DNA of 64,000 nt from a virus. Its lineage: Duplodnaviria; Caudoviricetes. The stretch lies in the IMG/VR virus record IMGVR_UViG_3300020016_000004, positions 1 to 64,000 of that record; one strand, given 5' to 3'. Below, piece after piece: positions 39,211 to 48,562 of the stretch (position 1 is its first letter; every line of letters starts with the position of its first letter). The notes beneath the pieces are model-generated. The model had not been told where the DNA came from. It searched no databases and saw only the letters and a program-made list of their open reading frames with translations. Position numbers and translations under genes: made by a program.

Positions 39211-40299
39211 CTAAGGGTTTGTGACAATTAGTTCCTGTTCACCTTGCGCTAAACTTCCGTCTCTGAGTGCCAGTGCCATCATTTTTCCAACTTCACTAAT
39301 CCACAGGTATTGAAAATACAATGGGTACCAGCTACTCATGTCAATGGAGGTATCAGCCACATTAACAAATTGAGGAGGTACACGGATATAATCGAAGGTA
39401 GCGGTAGAAACCGGTGTCGCTGGCAGTATCTTGATCAGTAGTTTTGATTGCTGAAAAAAAGGGTTATAAACAGTCGGTTTTCCAAGAATGGTTCCCTTTT
39501 CATCGCTTCTCTTGAATTTCAGCACACTATCGGTAACGAGTTCTGATATCGTACCCGTACCAGTCTGGGCACCGTTACCCACTGCCGGAGTCTGAAATGT
39601 TGAATCAGTGTACAGCCCGTAGGTAAAATCGGTGTATTGTTTTAAAAAGAAGGTTCCGTTGGCATTAGTATTTCCCGCGATGCCGCCGACTAAAACTTTG
39701 CTTCCTGTCTTAAAATAGGATCTCTTGTTAATGGTGATCACTATAGGTGTAGCATTCGTTGATCCTGTTATCGTAAATATTGTAGGAAGTGTAAAACTGG
39801 CCGAACCAAAAAGATAGTGATAATAGTCTGATAGCATAACCGGAGAGGTAACATATCCTGTATTAGCGGTATAGGCTCCTGCCGATGCGGTAACGATAGC
39901 CGTGAATGTGGTTGCACCAGTTACGGTGATAACAAATGTCCCGTTGGGGTTGGTGGTGAATCCTGCGATTCCGCTCGTTGTTACTGTATTGCCAGTTAAA
40001 AGATTATGAGGAAGTTCGGTTGTAAAAGTTCCCGTGATAGCCGCGATGGTAACGTTGGCAAGCAAAAGGGGGGCAGTATATACTTGGTTATTATTTACCG
40101 TGATGGTCTGGTCGGTGGCAATTAAGAAATTAAGCTCATCGAATGCATTCTGATTATTCAGCCGATTCAAATAAATATCCTGTGCCGATTGGATAATAGC
40201 TTTTTTAAACCAACGGTTGAGCTTGATGTCATCATAAAAAGCAGTATAGGAAAGGTCCGTTTCTTGCTCGAAGATTTTCTTCAGTTCATTGCCTGTCAT
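39211..40299 (-). CDS. Tail ring/adaptor protein with two inserted Thr/Gly-rich beta domains
   Basis: Ring-like N- and C-termini (DYIRVP) flank ITG.TNATPIVIT-type repeats. Confidence 0.6.
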   Translation of the reverse strand: MTGNELKKIFEQETDLSYTAFYDDIKLNRWFKKAIIQSAQDIYLNRLNNQNAFDELNFLIATDQTITVNNNQVYTAPLLLANVTIAAITGTFTTELPHNLLTGNTVTTSGIAGFTTNPNGTFVITVTGATTFTAIVTASAGAYTANTGYVTSPVMLSDYYHYLFGSASFTLPTIFTITGSTNATPIVITINKRSYFKTGSKVLVGGIAGNTNANGTFFLKQYTDFTYGLYTDSTFQTPAVGNGAQTGTGTISELVTDSVLKFKRSDEKGTILGKPTVYNPFFQQSKLLIKILPATPVSTATFDYIRVPPQFVNVADTSIDMSSWYPLYFQYLWISEVGKMMALALRDGSLAQGEQELIVTNP

Positions 40300-40312
40300 T
40301 TTTTCTTAATAA

Positions 40313-40344
40313 AGAAAGCAACCCCACAATAGAAGTTGCTTTCT
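40313..40344 (-). terminator. Intrinsic terminator
   Basis: AGAAAGCAAC/GTTGCTTTCT 10-bp stem. Confidence 0.65.
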
Positions 40345-40367
40345 GTGTTGTTTTTAAACGAGAATAT

Positions 40368-41543
40368 TTAAACGAGTTCTTTCTCTTTTTTCAGTAATTC
40401 TTTTTTACGTTCGGTGACTCTTTTTTTAACATCTTCAAACTTCATCTCCGGCTGGGAGTCAATTTCATCGGTGAGCCCAAGTTCTTTCACCTCTGCCCAT
40501 ACCGGCTCGGCTTCATCTTTCAGTTTATTGAGCGAATCAAGGGTAGGAACACCTTTCCACGAAAGACGAAGTGTTGATTTGCAATATGCTTTCAGGTCCT
40601 CGTAATTGCTCTTATGAGCAAGACGAATAGCTACATCCGATGGCTTATCGAATTTTGTCAGTACTTCGTCAAGATCGTCATCGTTCATGCTGTCGGCTTT
40701 GGCTACCATCATAAAGAGGTGTTCTTTTAGCTGCTCATGATTGTTAAACCATACGATAGCCTCCTCCACGCCTGAACCGATAACATCATTTCCGAACATC
40801 CATGCTGCACCAGCTTTTCCGATAAGCATTTTTCCATCGTCCAAGCGCACATACTGCGCTTTTAAAATTGTCGTCTTTAATGCATAGGAAGCGTCTTCGG
40901 CGTTGTAATCATTTACAAAATGGTCAAGAAATGTTTTTCCTGAATTTCCAAACTGAGTTCTTCGGTAAACGATTCCAAAGCCAGGCTCTACAAGGCGGAC
41001 AAAAGCCTCTGAGTGGCGCATGTTCTGTGTCTGTCCATCTTCCATTACCGTAGGATTCTCTCCGTAATAATACATGACAGCCAATTTATCTTTGTAACTC
41101 ATGTTATTGACTTTATTATAAGCCGCTCCCATGAGTTTAATATTCTTTACGTTTTTAACATGATCAGCCGCCATATCCTCAAACTCGAAGATCATCCCTG
41201 TCCCGGCATTAGGATTTGATTTCATCGTCTGGCTGCCATCGTGGTAGGTCATACCTTCCACATTATTCATCTGATGATGGTATGGGATAAGTTCACATAC
41301 TTTCCGCCGATCATCATTTTTATTATCGCGGAAATTCGGATCATCATCATAGTTAAGTGAAAAACTTTTATCGGGCGTTACGCGAAGAAACAGCGGTTCA
41401 TCTGACGGTGTTGCTTCTACTTTCAGGATAGCCCTGAAGTCTTTTGTAATGATGTAGGGCTTGCCCTTGTAAATTACTTTCGAAAACTCAATCCAGCCAC
41501 CCGCGGTTCCGGATGCTGCTCTGATAATACAATTGTGTTTCAT
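40368..41543 (-). CDS. Hypothetical protein in head module
   Basis: ORF track. Confidence 0.8.
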   Translation of the reverse strand: MKHNCIIRAASGTAGGWIEFSKVIYKGKPYIITKDFRAILKVEATPSDEPLFLRVTPDKSFSLNYDDDPNFRDNKNDDRRKVCELIPYHHQMNNVEGMTYHDGSQTMKSNPNAGTGMIFEFEDMAADHVKNVKNIKLMGAAYNKVNNMSYKDKLAVMYYYGENPTVMEDGQTQNMRHSEAFVRLVEPGFGIVYRRTQFGNSGKTFLDHFVNDYNAEDASYALKTTILKAQYVRLDDGKMLIGKAGAAWMFGNDVIGSGVEEAIVWFNNHEQLKEHLFMMVAKADSMNDDDLDEVLTKFDKPSDVAIRLAHKSNYEDLKAYCKSTLRLSWKGVPTLDSLNKLKDEAEPVWAEVKELGLTDEIDSQPEMKFEDVKKRVTERKKELLKKEKELV

Positions 41544-41593
41544 TGGTTTTTTTGGGTGTTTGTAAATGTTAAATTCTTATATGGGTTATGATT

Positions 41594-41603
41594 AATTGCG
41601 AAT
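41594..41603 (-). promoter_or_regulatory. Variant late promoter motif ATTCGCAATT
   Basis: 9/10 match, just after terminator, 51 nt before 41543 start. Confidence 0.45.
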
Positions 41604-41609
41604 GTGAAA

Positions 41610-41641
41610 AAACTACTCCCCGTATTTCAGAGGAGTAGTTT
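41610..41641 (-). terminator. Intrinsic terminator after capsid genes
   Basis: AAACTACTCC/GGAGTAGTTT stem followed by T-run on minus. Confidence 0.75.
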
Positions 41642-41659
41642 GATAAAACTAATTTAAAC

Positions 41660-42442
41660 TTATTGACCAGCTACACTAATAACTTCAGGGTTGATAGTGG
41701 TTCCAGATGTAAAGGCGTCCAGCGTTAAATCAATCGCACTTATCAAGGCTGAATAATTAGTTGCGCTTTCTAAAATCGCCAACATCGTCTGCCATCCCTG
41801 GTTCACACGCATCGTATTATTTTCCCCGATGTTTTCAAAACCGAGTTTGTAATAGATGGTGTAAGCTGCTCCCGTTGTTGTGGCTGGAGCCCCGATAGCA
41901 ACAAGGGCCGCACCGGTTCCGCGGATATTGATGCCCGTTGTGGTCTGGGTCACCGTACTCGCCGTTCCAGATCCGTCCAGTACCCATGCTCCTCCGTAGA
42001 TGATAGGGTAATTGGTGTTGGCTGTGATGATGAGCGTTGCTGTTCCGGAGGCTGTCACATACGTTGTTCCCTCGGCGGTAAATTGCAATCTGAACTGATC
42101 GGCAACCGTAGTTGCTGTCGGAGTTCCGGTAGCCGGAGTAACGACAGTGTAGGTCTTTGGAACAGTCGTTGAAGTCCCCTGTGTTGAAGAGGTAGGAATC
42201 TGCTGAGAAAACTGCAACTTATAGGTTGCGCTGTTGGCAGGATTTGCGCCGACAGTAAAAGTAATTACTCCTGCCGTTGCAGAGGTAATAGCGGTTTCTT
42301 TGATGATGGTATTTGGCTGTATGTCATCGTACTTGAACCAGAATTGTCCAGCGATGTAAGCCACACGGTTTTTGACAGTCACCACACCCGCCGATGCGCT
42401 GATGGTGTCTAAAACAATCCATTGATAATTATTTCTTTGCAT
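41660..42442 (-). CDS. Capsid auxiliary/decoration protein, Thr/Ala-rich
   Basis: Directly after MCP within same terminator unit. Confidence 0.6.
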   Translation of the reverse strand: MQRNNYQWIVLDTISASAGVVTVKNRVAYIAGQFWFKYDDIQPNTIIKETAITSATAGVITFTVGANPANSATYKLQFSQQIPTSSTQGTSTTVPKTYTVVTPATGTPTATTVADQFRLQFTAEGTTYVTASGTATLIITANTNYPIIYGGAWVLDGSGTASTVTQTTTGINIRGTGAALVAIGAPATTTGAAYTIYYKLGFENIGENNTMRVNQGWQTMLAILESATNYSALISAIDLTLDAFTSGTTINPEVISVAGQ

Positions 42443-42486
42443 TTTATTTGAGTTTTTTAGAGTTTAATTAATTGATCGTTTTAGGA

Positions 42487-43839
42487 TTAATGTTTGAATT
42501 CAAATAATCCCTGTCCTTTGGCAACCATCGCCACACCTGAGTCATCCAAGAATTCAACAGTAGTTCCATCAACAGGAGAAGCAGTAACTTGGTTTTGACC
42601 GATGTTACCCATTCCTGTATTGTTGCCCTGTCCTGATCCTGTCATACCCGGAGTTTCTTTGCGGATGACTTCGGAGGTAGAATTAGGATCATCAGAGGTG
42701 TGAATCAACTGCACCATCTTGGCTTTCTGACCGTTCATATTTGTCGGCGCCATATTGAGCACATACACCGAGTCTTTATGCCAATCTTCGATCTTTTCAG
42801 AATTTAGAAGCGAGAAATTTGTCAGCACCTTCACGTTGATGCCAGCGATAAACACCTCGCGGGTATCAAGGGAAACACTCATTTTGTCATTTCTCCTTTC
42901 AGCAGCGGCAAAAGCCATTTGAGAAGGATAGAACGTTCCGATTTGCTGCAATGCGCGTCTTCCTGGCATAAGCAAAATTTCCGATCCCATGGCAGGATTC
43001 ACCGAAGCGGCCTGCAATACCATGGACTCAAACTGTGCCTGAGTCATCGGGGCGTTGGAAGAGATGTAGTTTCCGGAATTGTCAATAATCCTGTTACGGA
43101 TTCCGTAAGTCTTGGAAGCCACGCCATCAGAAAGCTGAAGTCCTGTTCCGCCTTTTCCGAACATATACTTGTATGCGCACTCCCATAAGAAGCGGTTGAA
43201 AGTATTAGCCTCTGTATCGGTGTAACCGTAGAACACTTTTTCGCCAGCCGTTGTAGTGCTTTCAAAAAGATTCTGTTTTTCCCGGCGAGCAATCTGACAT
43301 GTGTCACGAGTTATCTCTGACCAATCCACTTGAACATCTTTCTGATCGTACAGTGTTGTGGTCCCAACAGAATTGAAGTTGGCTGCAATTTTACCGTTAG
43401 CCCTTATTGTGGTATTCGCTGGAAAATGCGTTCCAGCGGTAAGGGTGGTAGATGGGTTGTTAAGTGGTCCAACGGTGATGGTTCCCGGCGATGCCTGAAG
43501 CACGTAGCCTTCGAACATGTTGTGATCCGAGACTTTCTGGTCTTTCCTGAAAGAGGCATACGTTGCATCAGTGAAAGTGAGAATCAGGTTGTTTCCTGAC
43601 TGTGTAGCCGAGGCGATTACTGCCTGTACGGTTTGAACGTTTTTGATAGGAGTATTAAAACTTCCATCGGGCGTCATAGTAGGAATAGACTTTCCGAAAA
43701 TGTCTGAATTTCGGAAGAGCATCCACGCCTGCAGATCGGCAGCATTGTAGTCCCACAAAAGCTGGTTGAAGCTCTTGTAGTGCAGCAACGCCGAAAAGTA
43801 GCTGTTTATAAATTGTGGGTTTTGATTTGTAGTATTCAT
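42487..43839 (-). CDS. Major capsid protein
   Basis: 450 aa after scaffold; WSEITRDTCQI, ECAYKYMFGKG, KTYGIRNRI patterns. Confidence 0.82.
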   Translation of the reverse strand: MNTTNQNPQFINSYFSALLHYKSFNQLLWDYNAADLQAWMLFRNSDIFGKSIPTMTPDGSFNTPIKNVQTVQAVIASATQSGNNLILTFTDATYASFRKDQKVSDHNMFEGYVLQASPGTITVGPLNNPSTTLTAGTHFPANTTIRANGKIAANFNSVGTTTLYDQKDVQVDWSEITRDTCQIARREKQNLFESTTTAGEKVFYGYTDTEANTFNRFLWECAYKYMFGKGGTGLQLSDGVASKTYGIRNRIIDNSGNYISSNAPMTQAQFESMVLQAASVNPAMGSEILLMPGRRALQQIGTFYPSQMAFAAAERRNDKMSVSLDTREVFIAGINVKVLTNFSLLNSEKIEDWHKDSVYVLNMAPTNMNGQKAKMVQLIHTSDDPNSTSEVIRKETPGMTGSGQGNNTGMGNIGQNQVTASPVDGTTVEFLDDSGVAMVAKGQGLFEFKH

Positions 43840-43910
43840 TTTAGATTAATGGTTAAGATGGTTGGAATCGAAGGAACTCTCCTTGCGACATTTTGCAATA
43901 AGAAAAAATC

Positions 43911-43920
43911 AAATGCGAAT
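43911..43920 (-). promoter_or_regulatory. Candidate late promoter motif ATTCGCATTT upstream of MCP
   Basis: Exact repeat of 22929 and 48497. Confidence 0.55.
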
Positions 43921-45026
43921 TAGCGAACCGGCTTAGCAGTAGATATAGTATGCTCAAACTGTTCTTTCTCACTCATAACGGTTCCTTGCGGAGTACGCAC
44001 GACTTTGGCGCTGCCATCGGTAGCACCATACTCTTTTTCAAATTCTTCCCAGGCTTCTGCGTAGGTAGTGCTTCTCACTTCCTCGATCAGAGTCTCTTTG
44101 AATAATTTGAAATGCGCGAACTCAAAAAGATCGTTAGCATTCAATGAACCATCTTGGTTTTTGCCAATTAATCCATTCGGGTCTTTTAATATATTTTTCA
44201 AACTCTCCGACATCTGCGGTGTGCCGACAAGACCATAGTGGTTTTTTCCAATATAGTCGTCGCAAAGTTTGTTAAAATCTTGTTGTGTTTTTTCGGCGGC
44301 TGCAATAGCTGCCTGTGCCAGAGTCGCTGATTCAGCCGTCCCCTCTTTTACTTTGGCAAGAAAATTTAACTTCTTCTTGCTGACATCGCCACGAAGTTTT
44401 TCTTTGATGACGTTGGTGGCAGCCGTTTTCTGGTAGGGCTTCATCTCCTCAAAATCAGCCATGGCTTCTTCAAGGTCTTCTCCCGTGAGCCCTTTTTCTT
44501 TACAGTCAATTTCGTAAAGCTGCTCTTTGGTAAGCTGGTCAGGGTTGATGCCCTCCACCTCTTTTAAAATATCGAATAAATCTTTTCCTGATTTTTTTGC
44601 CTCCCGCAAAATCTGAACATCTTCATCCGATAACTGCTTTTCGTAATCAGCATTTTTTTTTTCGAGTTCTTCGATACGTGCCTGAATGTGTGGTGGAACC
44701 TCACCATCCTTCACCTCGACAACATCGGTTTTCGCTTTTACAAAAGTCTCGGGCTTTTTTGACTTTGCTTTCTCTTTGAATTTAGCAAGCCGGTCTGTGG
44801 TGTCAACAGGCTTTGCTTCTCCTTGCGGAGGTTCGGGCTTTGCTTCGGCGGGTGTAGGGGAAACCTTCTCAGTGTTGGTAGGAAGTTTTTCAATAGCAAC
44901 AGGTGCGGGTGTATCCGACTTTGCTTCAGCAGGATTCTCCACTTTTACAGGAGGATTGTTTTTCGCCCGAGTAACATTTGCTTCTGTCGTTGGCACCATA
45001 ACTGGCATTACTTCTGTTTCTACCAT
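43920..45026 (-). CDS. Capsid scaffolding protein
   Basis: P/E/K-rich disordered N-terminus, coiled coil, directly before MCP; TATATTTG at 45049-45056 supports start 45026. Confidence 0.72.
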   Translation of the reverse strand: MVETEVMPVMVPTTEANVTRAKNNPPVKVENPAEAKSDTPAPVAIEKLPTNTEKVSPTPAEAKPEPPQGEAKPVDTTDRLAKFKEKAKSKKPETFVKAKTDVVEVKDGEVPPHIQARIEELEKKNADYEKQLSDEDVQILREAKKSGKDLFDILKEVEGINPDQLTKEQLYEIDCKEKGLTGEDLEEAMADFEEMKPYQKTAATNVIKEKLRGDVSKKKLNFLAKVKEGTAESATLAQAAIAAAEKTQQDFNKLCDDYIGKNHYGLVGTPQMSESLKNILKDPNGLIGKNQDGSLNANDLFEFAHFKLFKETLIEEVRSTTYAEAWEEFEKEYGATDGSAKVVRTPQGTVMSEKEQFEHTISTAKPVR

Positions 45027-45152
45027 GGAAATATCGAATGTTGAGGGACAAATATAATTTGAACATGCGGTGTTAGTAATTTTTTTCAAACTTAAATTTA
45101 TCACGAACAACAAATGACTATCATTGCACCAAACTAAACACAACAGACAACT

Positions 45153-45329
45153 ATGGATTCATGTAACGTAACAGTAAAGATAACAGGTGATGCTTTTCAA
45201 CTTGTGTTTGACAAGCAAACAGCAATGACGAAGGCGGGGAATGGTGCATTAAAAAATCGTGTCCCATATCCGAAGGTCATACAAAAACTTCTGGAAGAGC
45301 ATGTGGAACTTTTAAAGAAAGTAAAATGA
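45153..45329 (+). CDS. Small ribbon-helix-helix-like protein (58 aa)
   Basis: Hand translation MDSCNVTVKITGDAFQLVFDKQ...YPKVIQKLLEEH; ATGA overlap with HNH start. Confidence 0.55.
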   Translation: MDSCNVTVKITGDAFQLVFDKQTAMTKAGNGALKNRVPYPKVIQKLLEEHVELLKKVK

Positions 45330-46057
45330 AAACAAAAATTTGTACTCGATGTAAAATCGAAAAGGATGAGGACTGTTTCGGACTACAGCAACCAGACAAA
45401 ACATGGTTACGGACACGATGTAAAGAGTGTTTGCAAGAAATGAAGTTGCTTAAATGGTTTAAAGAACCTGTTGAAAATCTTGAAGGCGAAGAATGGAGAG
45501 ATGTTGTCGGCGAAAAATCCCACTACCAAGTCAGCAACAAAGGAAGAATAAAAAAAATTTACAAAGAGAACCCGTGGATTGAGCTACTGCTAAAACAAGT
45601 TACCGTTGCTGGATACTCAGCATGTACACTCACACCACCAAAAAGACTTGCTAAAATTCACCGCTTAATTGGAATCGCTTTTATTCCTAATCCAGAAAAT
45701 AAGCCAGCCATCAATCACATCAACGGAATTAAAACCGATAATCGTGTAGAAAATTTAGAATGGTGTACCAATTCTGAAAACACAAGACACCGATTCGATG
45801 TTCTCAAACAAGTTAGTGGAAACACAGGAAACCGTGGAATATTAAATCCGCTGTCAAAAAAAATTGTTCAAATGGATTTGAACGGCAATAAAATAAAGAT
45901 ATGGGATAGTTGCGCAGATGCTTTTTCACATTTTACAAATAGAAAAAGAAGGGAAGGCAGCAATATAAGTGAGTCAATTAAAAAGAACACAACAGCATGG
46001 GGGTATAAATGGAAGTATTTTACACCTGAATCTGTTCTTGTTGTTGCGGTTGATTAA
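45326..46057 (+). CDS. NUMOD4-HNH-NUMOD1 homing endonuclease
   Basis: EEWRDVVG...YQVSNKGRIK, HRLIGIAFIPNPENKPAINHINGIKTDNRVENLEWCT, TAWGYKWKY. Confidence 0.93.
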   Translation: MKTKICTRCKIEKDEDCFGLQQPDKTWLRTRCKECLQEMKLLKWFKEPVENLEGEEWRDVVGEKSHYQVSNKGRIKKIYKENPWIELLLKQVTVAGYSACTLTPPKRLAKIHRLIGIAFIPNPENKPAINHINGIKTDNRVENLEWCTNSENTRHRFDVLKQVSGNTGNRGILNPLSKKIVQMDLNGNKIKIWDSCADAFSHFTNRKRREGSNISESIKKNTTAWGYKWKYFTPESVLVVAVD

Positions 46058-48455
46058 CCATCGCAAGTTGCTTTTGGATAAGATCGGTTATCTGCGCTAT
46101 GTATGCATCATCCAGTTTATAATCTCTTTCCAATCCAGCCTTCACTTCTTCCTTTTTAATTTCCCAACTTGATTTCAAATTAATTTCTGCCAATTTTTTC
46201 GTGAGATCGGCAACCTGTTGTTGCATGGCAAGAATCTGATTTGACTGCTGGGTTTGTGCAAGTGTCGCCTGTTCTGTTTTCATTTCCAGCATTTGATTTT
46301 CTTGATTCTCCCTGCGCTTATCGTCTATATATTGTTCCAGTTGAACGATAGATTCTGTGAATGTTTTGTTTTTAAGAATCATCATTATGTTTTTGATGGA
46401 TTCGGCGGCTTCCAATGTTGGATTGACGGCCATCGCAATAAGCGCCTGCTTTAATGTAGCCATATCCGCCACTGCAACAGAATCGTTTTCTTCCAGGTAA
46501 CACCAGAGGTCTTCAAATCGCATCTCCTTAGTCAATTTAAGCAGGCGAACATCCTTCGCCGAAACAGGAAGAATCACGTTCTTATCTTCTTTGTCGAGCA
46601 TGATGAGTTTACTCTTGTTGGCGGCATACTGAATGCACCGCCTCCAATGCTCCTGCAGGGACGAGTAAAGCGAAAGTCCGGATAGTTCTGATCGGGCTAT
46701 GGTGTTCTCCTGAACCCCTTTCCCTATAGTGGTGCTCTGTTCGCCGAGAGAAATATCCGTTAAATTAACGATGGCTTTCATTTCCACCTCAATATCCCGT
46801 TTCAATGTGAGGTACTGAGTGATGTAGTCGTGGTTACTCATGTCCACCGCTTTTACAAGCCCCTCTATTCCTCCCTTATCTATTTCTGGGTCTCCTGTCG
46901 GCGGAACAACTGTAATGTGGAACGTTTTTAAATCGTTGACAATATTCTGGGTGGTGAGCGATTCGCCGAGCTTCCCGCCATGGATGAAATAATTTTTTCC
47001 CAAGTCCTGCGCAGTGTATTCGCGTATCCGGTACCGTACAGCATCGAGTTCATCCTGTTTTGGCCTCAACCGGCTGACAATAGATTTTACATAGCCGGCC
47101 AATTTCCCCTGACACAAAAACAGAATTGGAATGATAGGTTTTCTTTTATCGCCGAACGGACGGACCTGGTAGGGTTCGTATCCGTATTCAAGTAACCATT
47201 TGTTACCGAGAATGACGGCTTTGTGGACCTTCCATACCTGTGAGTCACCTTTTATCTCATAGCCGTTTTTCATCGGCGTACCGGCAGGCAACTGAGAGGC
47301 GTCAATACCCGGGTCATAATATTTTTTGTAATCATCAATTTTTTTAACACGCTTGTTCCCGTATTTATTGGTGGTCTTGATGTAGCGGGTGTCGCAGCGT
47401 GTGATCCAGTACACTGTTGCCTTGCTCATCCATTTCTGATTATTGTACCACCATTTTACATTGGTGAAAGGAGCGTTGTAGTACTCCATCCAGTCTGATG
47501 AGTTTACTTCATTACCGTACAGCACAGCCTTGATCTCATCTACCATGATTGGGTTTAGGTCCTTGTACTCCTGAAGAATTTCTTCGAGCGTAACGGGAAG
47601 AATAAACCCGCCTCTTGTCTGACCTTCGCCGTACTCTCCCCATGTGGAGAAATCGTAGATGCAAGAATGACCGGGCAGGTATTCCGTGCTTAGCTGTCCA
47701 TCTTTTTCTTTGAAATGCATGCCGGTTAAATTGGCAATAGCCGTTTCTTTCGCTGATGCAACAAACATCTCGGCCATACGGTTCTGGTAGTATGCTGATC
47801 TGGCGATCACCGTACCTGCGTTCTGATATTCCAGACGAATCTTTTCTTTGGCATTTTTTATCTCGGAAGGATTGGAATAATCTATTCCACCTGCAGGATT
47901 ATATTTCACCTCTCCGGCACCGAGTTCATTGAGTACATCACCTATCTCGGCGGCAAGATCGATTTTTTCAAATACCTCTTTCTTTTTTAAAAGCGAGTTT
48001 TCTGAAATGGAATCACAAGAAATGTTTTTTTCTATCGGATCAATTAAGGTGATACACTTACCAACAATATGATCAACCAAACTTCGTATCTCCTGTCCTT
48101 TGATAAACACGTTTGGTAAAGGGTTGTTATTGAGGTCAACGGTCAGGTGATTGAAAATACCGTTGGGCTGGTTGCCGTAGTAGTAGTCGTAGTTTGACAA
48201 CATCTCATCCACGATGCTTAACGATCCGCCGCCGAGAGAACTGCCGTTACCAGTTACTATTGAGGTTGGTGTGGGTGCTGCGCCTGTGGTGGTAAAGCTT
48301 GACGGCACGGAATAACAGTTGTACAAATTTTTAATTATCCACCTGCCGTATTGCAAAAACCAAGTTCCCCCATCTTTGAACTTTTCGTGTTCGCTTGCCA
48401 AATCGTTTGGATGTGGCACAATAATCGGGTCTTTGGGGACTACTAATGGGAACAT
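46020..48455 (-). CDS. Portal protein (crAss-like size)
   Basis: 811 aa after terminase; NYDYYYG, Q-rich helical C-terminus. Confidence 0.82.
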   Translation of the reverse strand: MFPLVVPKDPIIVPHPNDLASEHEKFKDGGTWFLQYGRWIIKNLYNCYSVPSSFTTTGAAPTPTSIVTGNGSSLGGGSLSIVDEMLSNYDYYYGNQPNGIFNHLTVDLNNNPLPNVFIKGQEIRSLVDHIVGKCITLIDPIEKNISCDSISENSLLKKKEVFEKIDLAAEIGDVLNELGAGEVKYNPAGGIDYSNPSEIKNAKEKIRLEYQNAGTVIARSAYYQNRMAEMFVASAKETAIANLTGMHFKEKDGQLSTEYLPGHSCIYDFSTWGEYGEGQTRGGFILPVTLEEILQEYKDLNPIMVDEIKAVLYGNEVNSSDWMEYYNAPFTNVKWWYNNQKWMSKATVYWITRCDTRYIKTTNKYGNKRVKKIDDYKKYYDPGIDASQLPAGTPMKNGYEIKGDSQVWKVHKAVILGNKWLLEYGYEPYQVRPFGDKRKPIIPILFLCQGKLAGYVKSIVSRLRPKQDELDAVRYRIREYTAQDLGKNYFIHGGKLGESLTTQNIVNDLKTFHITVVPPTGDPEIDKGGIEGLVKAVDMSNHDYITQYLTLKRDIEVEMKAIVNLTDISLGEQSTTIGKGVQENTIARSELSGLSLYSSLQEHWRRCIQYAANKSKLIMLDKEDKNVILPVSAKDVRLLKLTKEMRFEDLWCYLEENDSVAVADMATLKQALIAMAVNPTLEAAESIKNIMMILKNKTFTESIVQLEQYIDDKRRENQENQMLEMKTEQATLAQTQQSNQILAMQQQVADLTKKLAEINLKSSWEIKKEEVKAGLERDYKLDDAYIAQITDLIQKQLAMVNQPQQQEQIQV

Positions 48456-48496
48456 GCGCTATCTTTTTTGAGATACTTTCTGAAAAAGGAAAAGAT

Positions 48497-48506
48497 AAAT
48501 GCGAAT
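48497..48506 (-). promoter_or_regulatory. Candidate late promoter motif ATTCGCATTT upstream of portal
   Basis: Exact repeat of 22929 and 43911. Confidence 0.55.
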
Positions 48507-48562
48507 GTTATTTGCAAATGAACGAAAATAATATCAAATCCGCCGAAGAAGATAATAATTTT

